DNA of 59,105 nucleotides from Promethearchaeota archaeon (GTDB lineage Archaea; Asgardarchaeota; Lokiarchaeia; Sigyniarchaeales; SOKP01): NCBI GenBank assembly GCA_030599585.1, contig JAUVNS010000022.1, positions 1 to 59,105 of the forward strand, read 5' to 3'. Shown piece by piece: positions 51,551 to 59,105 of this stretch (position 1 is its first letter; each line of letters starts with the position of its first letter). The notes under the pieces were generated by a model. It saw only the letters and a program-made list of their open reading frames with translations, ran no database searches and was not told where the DNA came from. The position numbers and the translations under genes were made by a program.

Positions 51551-52270
51551 TTGAAGAATAATATACAGGTTTTTAATCCCCAAACGAAAGAAACATTAAA
51601 TCTTATAATCGAGAAATACGATTTTGAATACATCTATAAGAATAAAATAGAAGAGATCCTCCCTGTTAAAGAAAATTTATCAAACGAGAAATCCTTGTTC
51701 GATTATATTAAAAATTTTCTAGCGTTTAGAAGAGAAACCAACAAAAATTTTTTTGTTTTATTGTTACATAGTTTCCAAATACATAAATTCAAAATAATTC
51801 ATCCGAAGATAGAGATTTTTTGGAAAAAATTTTTAAATGAATTAAAACGATGGAACGCACAAGATTTAGTTAAATTAATGGAAAACATCTATAAAGAACC
51901 AAAATCTCTTAAAGAAAAAAAAGTATTAATTAAAGATAGTTTAAATAAGAGCACTGAGCCCCAATATTTTGACCGTGAACGAATCGAAAATCACCTTAGT
52001 AATAATGAAAAGTCTTTTGATGTAATTAATAAGAGAATTCACGAGGAAGTTAAGTTTATCCTAATCTTACAACTGATAGCTGACTTCCAAGCAGAAGGTT
52101 TTACAGCTAGTAAGGAAGCAATAATTGGGATTTGTAATCAAATACTAACATACATAGGGTCAATATCCGAGGAATTATGTCATCAATTACTGTTTATGCA
52201 CCATTTAGGGACCTTTCATAAAGAACCTCAATCTAAAAAAAGGAGTATGATGAACAATTACTATTCATGA
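51551..52270 (+). CDS. Hypothetical protein
   Basis: 239-aa ORF. Confidence 0.55.
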   Translation: MKNNIQVFNPQTKETLNLIIEKYDFEYIYKNKIEEILPVKENLSNEKSLFDYIKNFLAFRRETNKNFFVLLLHSFQIHKFKIIHPKIEIFWKKFLNELKRWNAQDLVKLMENIYKEPKSLKEKKVLIKDSLNKSTEPQYFDRERIENHLSNNEKSFDVINKRIHEEVKFILILQLIADFQAEGFTASKEAIIGICNQILTYIGSISEELCHQLLFMHHLGTFHKEPQSKKRSMMNNYYS

Positions 52271-52529
52271 TTTTCAAATTTTCAAAACTTTTCTAAAAGA
52301 AGAAGCCTTAGAGGTTGTTTTAGATAAAGATAATTACAATAATTCTCTTATGTGTGCTATGTGCGGTGAATTTGAGCCTCGTGCCTTCCTTCAGCGATTC
52401 CATCTATTTCTTGATGAAAATAGAGACAGATTTATTACGCTTCATTCAAAATGTGTGTTTAAAGATGGGATGTATGAAAAGTTGGATGCCCTTCTACAAT
52501 CTTTTAACTATATTTCTACTTTAGATTAA
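52254..52529 (+). pseudogene. Open frame paralogous to the C-terminal half of 11050..11532 but lacking an in-frame start
   Basis: TITIHDFQIFKTFLKEEA...MCAMC...FITLHSKC...FNYI vs FKSHLKPEA...ICKFC...FIEFHVQC...FDYI; SD aggag + ATGATG lies one base out of frame. Confidence 0.55.
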
Positions 52530-52548
52530 AAATTTAAGCGACTTTACT

Positions 52549-53667
52549 ATGTCTATGACAAATTCATCAGTTGAAAAGTTATGGGTATTTCTTTCAAATC
52601 TTGAAGGAGGCGATTTAGTAAAAGAACATTTAGAGATGCATAACGAGATTATTCCACTTTACAGAAAGTTTGTTGCTTTTATTGAAGGGGATGTTAACTT
52701 TACCAAAGATGATGTTTCTCGATTTATTTTATCTTATTATTTTACAAAACTAACCTCTAGCACTCAAGTTCATTATAAGAAAAACTTAATACTTCTCTGT
52801 CAATATCTTGGGAGAAAAATTCCTTCAAGATTAGAAGGTCTAAGTGTGTTTAATATAGTTGATTTCGATCATTTCTTTAAGAATTACTGTTCTATCGGGA
52901 AAGGGTCGATCTGGGCAGAGAAGTTATTAAGAGCTTATAACTGTTATCGCTGTGGAAAAGAATATTCTTTTTCAATTACTTCAACAGCAGGTATGACGCA
53001 ATACTTAAAAAAAAAGGGGATTAAAACAACAAGTAAAGGGGCTAGGGGTAAGATTACCTATTTAGGGATTGGTATGAATGATTCAGGCTTAGCATTAATC
53101 GAAAATAATTTTAGAGATAATGCGATGCTGAAAGCTAAAAAAAACAAAAATTTATCTCCTAATAAAGCTTGCAAACTAATCTCGTGTAATCCAGATGTGT
53201 TATTGTTAAAAAAGATCGTTAATGAATACAACCAGAAAAGAGAATCTCAAACCGAGAAGATAAATCTACTTAAGGCTAAAAAGATTCTTAAAAATATTGA
53301 AAGCTTTTGTTTTCAACAAAATTGGAATCCCCATTATAAAACTAAAATAGGTTTAGCATTGTATCTAACCACGACTTTTAGCTTTAACCGAATTAACAAG
53401 AATTTTGGGATTCCTTATGATTCTCCAATGCGGCTTAAAGTTAGAATTGGAAGGATGCACCCAAAAGCTTTAGAACGCTTGGCCCGATACAGTAAAGTCT
53501 TCTCAAGAAATCCCAACTGCTTAGAAAAAGAAAAAGGAAAAATTTTATCTAAGTTTTGTGAAATAGGACATTCAATTCCTGAAATTACAAAAATATTAAG
53601 GGCGAGAGGCTACAAAGTTAATGCCCAAAATATATCCAAACGTTTGTCCCTCTGGATTAGTGTGTAG
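52549..53667 (+). CDS. Multidomain DNA-binding protein (D5/primase C-terminal-like wH, terminal HTH)
   Basis: FFKNYC...AEKLLRAYNCY...YLKKKG...YLGI resembles D5-like wH; GHSIPEITKILRARGYKVNAQNISKRL. Confidence 0.4.
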   Translation: MSMTNSSVEKLWVFLSNLEGGDLVKEHLEMHNEIIPLYRKFVAFIEGDVNFTKDDVSRFILSYYFTKLTSSTQVHYKKNLILLCQYLGRKIPSRLEGLSVFNIVDFDHFFKNYCSIGKGSIWAEKLLRAYNCYRCGKEYSFSITSTAGMTQYLKKKGIKTTSKGARGKITYLGIGMNDSGLALIENNFRDNAMLKAKKNKNLSPNKACKLISCNPDVLLLKKIVNEYNQKRESQTEKINLLKAKKILKNIESFCFQQNWNPHYKTKIGLALYLTTTFSFNRINKNFGIPYDSPMRLKVRIGRMHPKALERLARYSKVFSRNPNCLEKEKGKILSKFCEIGHSIPEITKILRARGYKVNAQNISKRLSLWISV

Positions 53668-53830
53668 GGGCAGTCGAGATAACCCTTAACTCAATCGTTC
53701 TTTTAGTGTGAATTTGGCTATGGTAGTTAGTGGAAATGCGGTAATTGACAACTGTAATAATAAATTTAATCCCCCCGCTTGGGAATTATATTATTACTGT
53801 GAATAAATAACTGTTTTTCTTTTTTATTTT

Positions 53831-53944
53831 GTTAACGAAATAATTACAATTTATAGGAGTATTTTCGCGTTAACGAAAACGAAATCTATTTTTGGGGTTT
53901 AGAAACGTAAACGAAATAAAAATTAATTCTTCGGGGTATTTTTA
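53831..53944. repeat. Three degenerate ~38-bp tandem units (iteron/operator-like)
   Basis: gtWaacgaaa at 53831, 53869 and 53907 (exact 38-bp spacing); ggRgt at 53856, 53894 and 53933. Confidence 0.65.
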
Positions 53945-54133
53945 ATGTTTAAGACGAAAATAAGAGTAATGCCTCGTAATAAGAAATTTAATGAAGAGAG
54001 CATAGTTCTTGGATTTAGAGTGCCAAAGTCGAAAGAGGATATTTGTAGAAGTATAATCCAAAGATGGATTAACGCAAAAGGTTGGGAGAAGGCTGAGGCA
54101 AAAAGACGAGCAAGTAATAATAATAGAGGTTGA
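53945..54133 (+). CDS. Small RHH-like protein
   Basis: PRNKKF...SIVLGFRVPKSK. Confidence 0.45.
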   Translation: MFKTKIRVMPRNKKFNEESIVLGFRVPKSKEDICRSIIQRWINAKGWEKAEAKRRASNNNRG

Positions 54134-54513
54134 TAAAATGGCGCTTGTAGATATAAATGTAAAAGATGATAATGTAAAAGAAGTCGATAGTAATGTAGAA
54201 GGGAATTCCGAACCTTTAAAACATCAAACTTTAAAACTTCCTAAATTTTGTTCGAGATTAAGGGATTATCGAAGTTATGACTACTAATAAGGTTCGATTT
54301 TTAATCTTGCTGGATTAAGTTCGTAATAAGTCTTCTTATTTTCCATAAATAGCTTAAAAAACCCTTTTCTATAAATAAACTAAGGGTTTCAAAAAATCTT
54401 TTTTTTTATATGTGAGTCCTGTCTTAAACTTAAAAAGTTTATAGATGTGTTCAGGTCTTATTATTAAGATATAAGCACTCTTTAGATAATCTAAGAAGTT
54501 TAACACATCTCTT

Positions 54514-54783
54514 TTAATCGCTTTTGAACTCTGTATTTGATCTTTTATTGAAATTGAAATCATTTTTCGCTTTTTTTAGGGTTTGCTCAATAGGGACTTT
54601 ACAAAAATCACAATTAGAAAGGGAGTCAATCCCATCGGAGTAATATATAGGGAACTCGTGTTTAATGTTATGCGTCTCTCTTAATTCTGGGATTTTTTCT
54701 TCAAAGCACCCATAACAAGCATAAATATGAGTTTCCCCATCTTTGCTAATAAGTTCATATCCAGTCACTTCAAAATCATGCAT
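54514..54783 (-). CDS. Small Zn-binding protein
   Basis: CYGC...CDFC. Confidence 0.45.
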   Translation of the reverse strand: MHDFEVTGYELISKDGETHIYACYGCFEEKIPELRETHNIKHEFPIYYSDGIDSLSNCDFCKVPIEQTLKKAKNDFNFNKRSNTEFKSD

Positions 54784-54962
54784 CGTATCTATTATTCCGA
54801 CAGAAACATTTTAAAATGAGTGTAAAATTCAAGTTATCTTTAATTATTATAGTCGGAAAAGCGACAGAAAACACGAAAACAAGGGGTTTAAATCGCAATT
54901 TTCATAGTTCTGTATACCAAACTTTAATCAAAATTTAATACCATTTAATTAGGAGAAGTCAT

Positions 54963-56192
54963 ATGCGATTAAGAAATAAATCTATGATATTATTTTTTAT
55001 TATGACTTTTTCTGTAGGGTTTTGTTTTTTAAATTCCGCCGTAGCTTATGAAACCGGTTCATATGAGACTAATTATGCAGAATGGAGATTCTCAAACTCT
55101 CAGCCTTATTTATATGCTGAAGCAGATAACTATTATACTCTCGGTTATTTGGAAGGACAGAATTTAGCTTTTCAAACAGCTTGGATGAAACTTATGATTA
55201 CGCTTCAAGCAGAACAAATAGGTCTTACTTACGATATCGCAATTTATTATGCTTTAGCTTATCTCGATTACTTTTCTGAAGAAAATATTATGGAAATGCA
55301 AGGAATAGCTGATGGGATTGATGTCGTTCAAATTCCATTTATGGGTCAAATTTACGAGATTACCATAGATTTCTATGATGTATTAGTTCAGAATTGTTTC
55401 TGGGATGTATATTACGGTAAAATTATTCCTATGCTTTCGGGATATCCTCAACCGCCTTTGATTGTTGCAGGATGCACTGCTATTGGTTCTAACACTGGAA
55501 GAAAAGCTATTTTAGGACAAACAATCGATATATCAGTTCTTATGCAACCTACGGCATCTTGGGTTTACACTAATATTCAAGGAAAAAAGGTTTTCTCTTT
55601 CAGAACGGGGAGTATGTTAGCAATGGGAGGCGTTAATAAATACGGGGTGGCAATCTCAACCAATTTACTTGAAGTACTTAATGTAGGATGTGTAGGAAAA
55701 CCTATTTCAGTAATCTATAGAAGTGCTTTAGAAAATGCTAAGAATGTTAGACAAGCTAAGGACATTATTCTTGATAACGATTTTACACTAGGTTGGAATT
55801 ATATTATTAGAGACAAGCGACACATAGTATCAATTGAAACTATTCCCAACTCTTATTCAATCGAGAGCGTTAAAAAAGGAAGCTATACATTTGACGCAAA
55901 TGTTTACGAGAATCCCTATTTCAAGGCTTTTATGATTTATCCTACGAAATATGTAGAACGGTATGATAGAGTCTCAGAATTATGTCAAACCTATAGTCAA
56001 GACGGAGAATTAGACATCAATGACTTATTTCAAATTTATTCAGACACCTTGATATCACGAAGATATACATCACCAGACCCACTAAGCGTAGGCACAGCAG
56101 GGTCTTTCTTTGTAGATGCTAAGAGTAATGTATATTTCTGTTTAGGAAATCCATTAGACTCCGAATTAGGTTTAATATCGTCGTTTAATTAA
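54963..56192 (+). CDS. Secreted Ntn-hydrolase, peptidase C45 (AAT-like) family
   Basis: Signal peptide, YTLGYLEG, EMQGIADG, AG|CTAIG nucleophile, GQTID, GVNKYGV. Confidence 0.75.
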   Translation: MRLRNKSMILFFIMTFSVGFCFLNSAVAYETGSYETNYAEWRFSNSQPYLYAEADNYYTLGYLEGQNLAFQTAWMKLMITLQAEQIGLTYDIAIYYALAYLDYFSEENIMEMQGIADGIDVVQIPFMGQIYEITIDFYDVLVQNCFWDVYYGKIIPMLSGYPQPPLIVAGCTAIGSNTGRKAILGQTIDISVLMQPTASWVYTNIQGKKVFSFRTGSMLAMGGVNKYGVAISTNLLEVLNVGCVGKPISVIYRSALENAKNVRQAKDIILDNDFTLGWNYIIRDKRHIVSIETIPNSYSIESVKKGSYTFDANVYENPYFKAFMIYPTKYVERYDRVSELCQTYSQDGELDINDLFQIYSDTLISRRYTSPDPLSVGTAGSFFVDAKSNVYFCLGNPLDSELGLISSFN

Positions 56193-56799
56193 AAAACAAA
56201 AATGCTTTAGAAAAAGTTACCAAGCCAAAATCCCTTTTTTTTTAATTTTTTGTAGAGAGAATTAATAAGACTTCAATCATTTCAATTTCGGGAGTTAGTA
56301 GACTGTAAACAAATCTAATACTCCGTCTCCTTTATTACATCTATAATACTTAATAGAATTCTCTAAAGTTCCAACAATTTCTTAATTACAGAAAGCTCAT
56401 TTCGAAAAAATCTTTCTTTTTTTCGAAATAATTCATGATAGGTTTTATTTTTAAATCAATATAGTTTTCAATATGTTGGATTATTTCTTGTTTAATTTCT
56501 TCTATTTGCTTTTTGTCAAAAAAAATGACCCTGTCTTTTTCCATGGTTTCAAGGATGATAAAATTTTTTTAAGTATAAATATGTAGACTCAGAACAAATT
56601 TTCTGTAATGCACTGATAATATCCAGATATCATATAGAAGTAAATAAGAATTTAATTTCTGTGATTGATTGAAACACAAATATTTGTTCATAGATTACTT
56701 TTAAATGAAATTCTTGGGTAAAAAAGATCTTTTATACGGGAAATATTTAGAGTCCTTTTTTTAATTTATTTCATGCTTTAGCAATTATACTTCGCTCAG

Positions 56800-57339
56800 T
56801 TATTTTTTTTCGAAAGTTTTGTTGGCAATATTATTCTTTTTGACATTTAAAAATGGAAGAAGTTCCCGGTATGATACAGGATAAAAGTTATTGTTATCAA
56901 TGCCTATATCGTATTGATTTCTAAAAGGAACGAGGGTTCCGTGAGAATGACCGTGTAATTGCCACGCATTAAAGATGCTTTTATTCCATACTCTCATCGC
57001 ATAATGACACACTGTTATTGGCTGGTCTTCTATTTGAATATCCTCTAACCGTGATACAGAATCGCAATAATTTTCAGCCAATTTAATTACATCGGTATGA
57101 TCGTGATTTCCAATAACAAAATGAATCTCGATATCACTAAATTTCTTAAAAAACATAAGAGCTGTATCTTTTTTAAAGGATAAGTCACCAAGAAAATAAA
57201 GTTTATCACCTTGTTTCACTTTGTGTTCAAGATTATTTAGTATTGTAGCATTCATTTCTTCAACGTTGGTAAAGGGGCGATTACAATACCCGATTATATT
57301 TTTATGAGATAAGTGATAATCTGCTGTAAACCAATTCAT
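56800..57339 (-). CDS. Calcineurin-like metallophosphoesterase, close paralog of 47456..47971
   Basis: WFTADYHLSHKNIIGYCNRPF, LGD, GNHD, CHY, HGHSH. Confidence 0.9.
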   Translation of the reverse strand: MNWFTADYHLSHKNIIGYCNRPFTNVEEMNATILNNLEHKVKQGDKLYFLGDLSFKKDTALMFFKKFSDIEIHFVIGNHDHTDVIKLAENYCDSVSRLEDIQIEDQPITVCHYAMRVWNKSIFNAWQLHGHSHGTLVPFRNQYDIGIDNNNFYPVSYRELLPFLNVKKNNIANKTFEKK

Positions 57340-57395
57340 AATTTCCCTCCAACAATCATTCTAATCTTAAATTTATATGAGAAACTTTTAAAAAA

Positions 57396-57596
57396 TCATG
57401 CCAACTTCAGTAGTTCTTCAATCTCATCGTCTTCTTTAAAGAAAATATAACTATCATATCGTGGATGGTGTGGATTAGATCCAAAGATATGATTTATCAA
57501 AAATTGACCTAACCTCTGATCAGGAACTTTTTTCCACTTTTCCTTTAATAATTTACATATCCTATCTATTCGTTCTATTTCTCTCATCGTTAACAA
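57396..57596 (-). CDS. Small protein, YihD/DUF1040-like
   Basis: LKEKWKKVPDQRLGQFLIN. Confidence 0.5.
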   Translation of the reverse strand: MLTMREIERIDRICKLLKEKWKKVPDQRLGQFLINHIFGSNPHHPRYDSYIFFKEDDEIEELLKLA

Positions 57597-58590
57597 CCTT
57601 ATAAGAAACCATTGTATATTTTATCAAATATTCTAATTTTTTAGCCAAAAATTGTAAGTTTTGTTTGTAATTCTCTAAATATTGTAATTTTCTTACTTTT
57701 GATTTAGACACGTGTTTTGGAATTCTAATTTCGATAAAGAAAAAACCATACTTTAGTCTAAATATGAAATAACACGAAAAAATGCATTCAATCACCATGT
57801 AATCGAAAGAATCTTTGCTCATATAGAAGAAACTTCGTTTCGCTAAAGAAAGGATTCGATCAATTACATAAGAAATCTTATTCAATGCAATATTATCAAG
57901 TTTTTCATTTTTCACAATTTTATCTACAATAAATCCCCCATCAAGAGCAACAAACGCATATCTCAGATTTATGCAATCTATCACCATTCTTTGTAAGACG
58001 TCGTTTAGTTCAGAAGCTATGTATTTTGAATATTGATTTTGGAAAACTGAATACATGATTTTCAATTCCAAGACTTCGCCCTTAGACTTTGAAGAAATCA
58101 GTTGGTCTAGGCGTTCCTTTCTTTTTTTAAAAATTCGATGTAGAATTATAATTTGAGGGTAATTGTCTTTTAAATTAAACGTATTAAAATCGGTCTTATT
58201 TATTATTCCTTCATTAAACAATAAAGTATTTTCTCTTCTATTATTTTCTATGCTATTAAAAACCAAAAAAAGAGATTTCTCCTTTATTAATTCCGATTTC
58301 CTACATATCCCATTAATTCTAAAGTTTGTTTCAATTCTCAGGGGTAGGATAATGGAGCGTTCTTTCTTTCCATCGATAAGAATATGTGTTAGATCTTCTG
58401 AAAAAAAATCTGTGTAATTTTTATAAATAAATGCTGCTTGATAGCTTGTGTTAATTAATTCTAAAACAGAGTACCAATTCCCATCCCATTGAAGTGGTAA
58501 ACCATCTTTCCGCGCAAGAATTACTTGTTTTGCGTTAAATATTTTTCTGATTTGGTCTAATCGATTATATATTTTAGGACTTTTTAGCAT
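57562..58590 (-). CDS. Protein with two roadblock/LC7 (MglB-like) domains
   Basis: QVILARKDGLPL...HILIDG and YAFVALDGGFIV...YMVIE. Confidence 0.45.
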   Translation of the reverse strand: MLKSPKIYNRLDQIRKIFNAKQVILARKDGLPLQWDGNWYSVLELINTSYQAAFIYKNYTDFFSEDLTHILIDGKKERSIILPLRIETNFRINGICRKSELIKEKSLFLVFNSIENNRRENTLLFNEGIINKTDFNTFNLKDNYPQIIILHRIFKKRKERLDQLISSKSKGEVLELKIMYSVFQNQYSKYIASELNDVLQRMVIDCINLRYAFVALDGGFIVDKIVKNEKLDNIALNKISYVIDRILSLAKRSFFYMSKDSFDYMVIECIFSCYFIFRLKYGFFFIEIRIPKHVSKSKVRKLQYLENYKQNLQFLAKKLEYLIKYTMVSYKVVNDERNRTNR

Positions 58591-59077
58591 AAGTATTACC
58601 CGTTTTCTTATTTTCGATTATTTTCAATACTCTATTAACGCAGTCTTCTACATCGTTATAAATTTGGTTTCCCGTAAATCTTTGGACCTGCCAACCCTGA
58701 GAGTTTAAAAAAGCGTCGCGTTTATTATCTCTATTTCTATCTGCCACGTTTGAATGCGTCATTTTTCCATCGCACTCTATTGCGATTTTCAACTCTGGAA
58801 TTGCAAAATCAACGTGCAGATTACTGATTGGATACTGCCTCTCCAATCCATTAATTCTATCCCAAGCCCAGGTATAAAACCAGCGTTCTATCGGGCTTTT
58901 AATTTTTTTAAATGTTTCTAGAAATTTGTTATATTTTTTATACAATTCTTTTAACTTGCTACCTACATTAAAGGATAGCTCGGCTTTACCATGTTTCTTA
59001 TATCTCATTCTATTATATTCGTGTTCGCTCATTTTGTGATAGATCCATGTTGTATAATCGTCTCTAAACGTTGCCAA
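58574..59077 (-). CDS. DUF559/Vsr-like PD-(D/E)xK endonuclease
   Basis: SPIE, QYPI..LHVDFA, KIAIECDG..H, RDNKRDAFLNSQGWQVQRF. Confidence 0.85.
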   Translation of the reverse strand: MATFRDDYTTWIYHKMSEHEYNRMRYKKHGKAELSFNVGSKLKELYKKYNKFLETFKKIKSPIERWFYTWAWDRINGLERQYPISNLHVDFAIPELKIAIECDGKMTHSNVADRNRDNKRDAFLNSQGWQVQRFTGNQIYNDVEDCVNRVLKIIENKKTGNTYAKKS

Positions 59078-59105
59078 GATTTTCCAGAGACCCAGATATG
59101 TCAGG

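Noticed and set aside
53831-53944. Mini CRISPR array
   Set aside because: The conserved core is only 10 bp, the intervening sequences resemble each other, and there are no cas genes in the window
3378-58417. Short antisense or overlapping ORFs in the track (e.g. 3378, 4339, 7769, 9222, 15043, 17491, 19370, 22795, 23295, 25145, 25341, 26624, 30025, 30496, 34301, 41149, 41391, 43789, 45716, 50443, 58163)
   Set aside because: They lie opposite or inside better-supported genes and have shadow-ORF composition with no motifs
1-59105. tRNA/rRNA genes, transposases, integrase, capsid genes
   Set aside because: None recognised by eye; divergent versions cannot be excluded without tRNAscan or HMM searches

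Overview
AT-rich archaeal DNA, most consistent with Asgard (Lokiarchaeia-like) origin. It carries TFB, Cdc6/Orc1, a RadA paralog, an MglA-like GTPase, roadblock/longin-like proteins and a Loki-type N-terminal domain. I found no ribosomal, tRNA/rRNA or central-metabolism genes. Instead there are many small Zn-ribbon, RHH, wHTH and AbrB ORFs, phage-type families and several dispersed paralog pairs, so the window reads as a large accessory or mobile region (integrated element, megaplasmid or virus). The best candidate for a new system is at 45.1-48.0 kb: a retron-type reverse transcriptase (NAxxH, LPQG, YADD, ITG motifs), then a ~230-nt intergenic segment that folds by eye like a retron msr-msd RNA but lies downstream of the RT, then a divergent RadA and an overlapping calcineurin-like phosphoesterase on the same strand. 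Other notable items are a Tad/Flp-type pilus locus next to an MglA GTPase, interrupted by an SF2 helicase-caspase fusion plus a class II amidotransferase; a TIR-like membrane protein; a DUF4238-C2H2 fusion; a 38-bp periodic repeat; and a TCGTTAACAAAAT motif shared by three intergenic regions. All calls come from motif recognition and hand pairing; no searches or folding programs were run.
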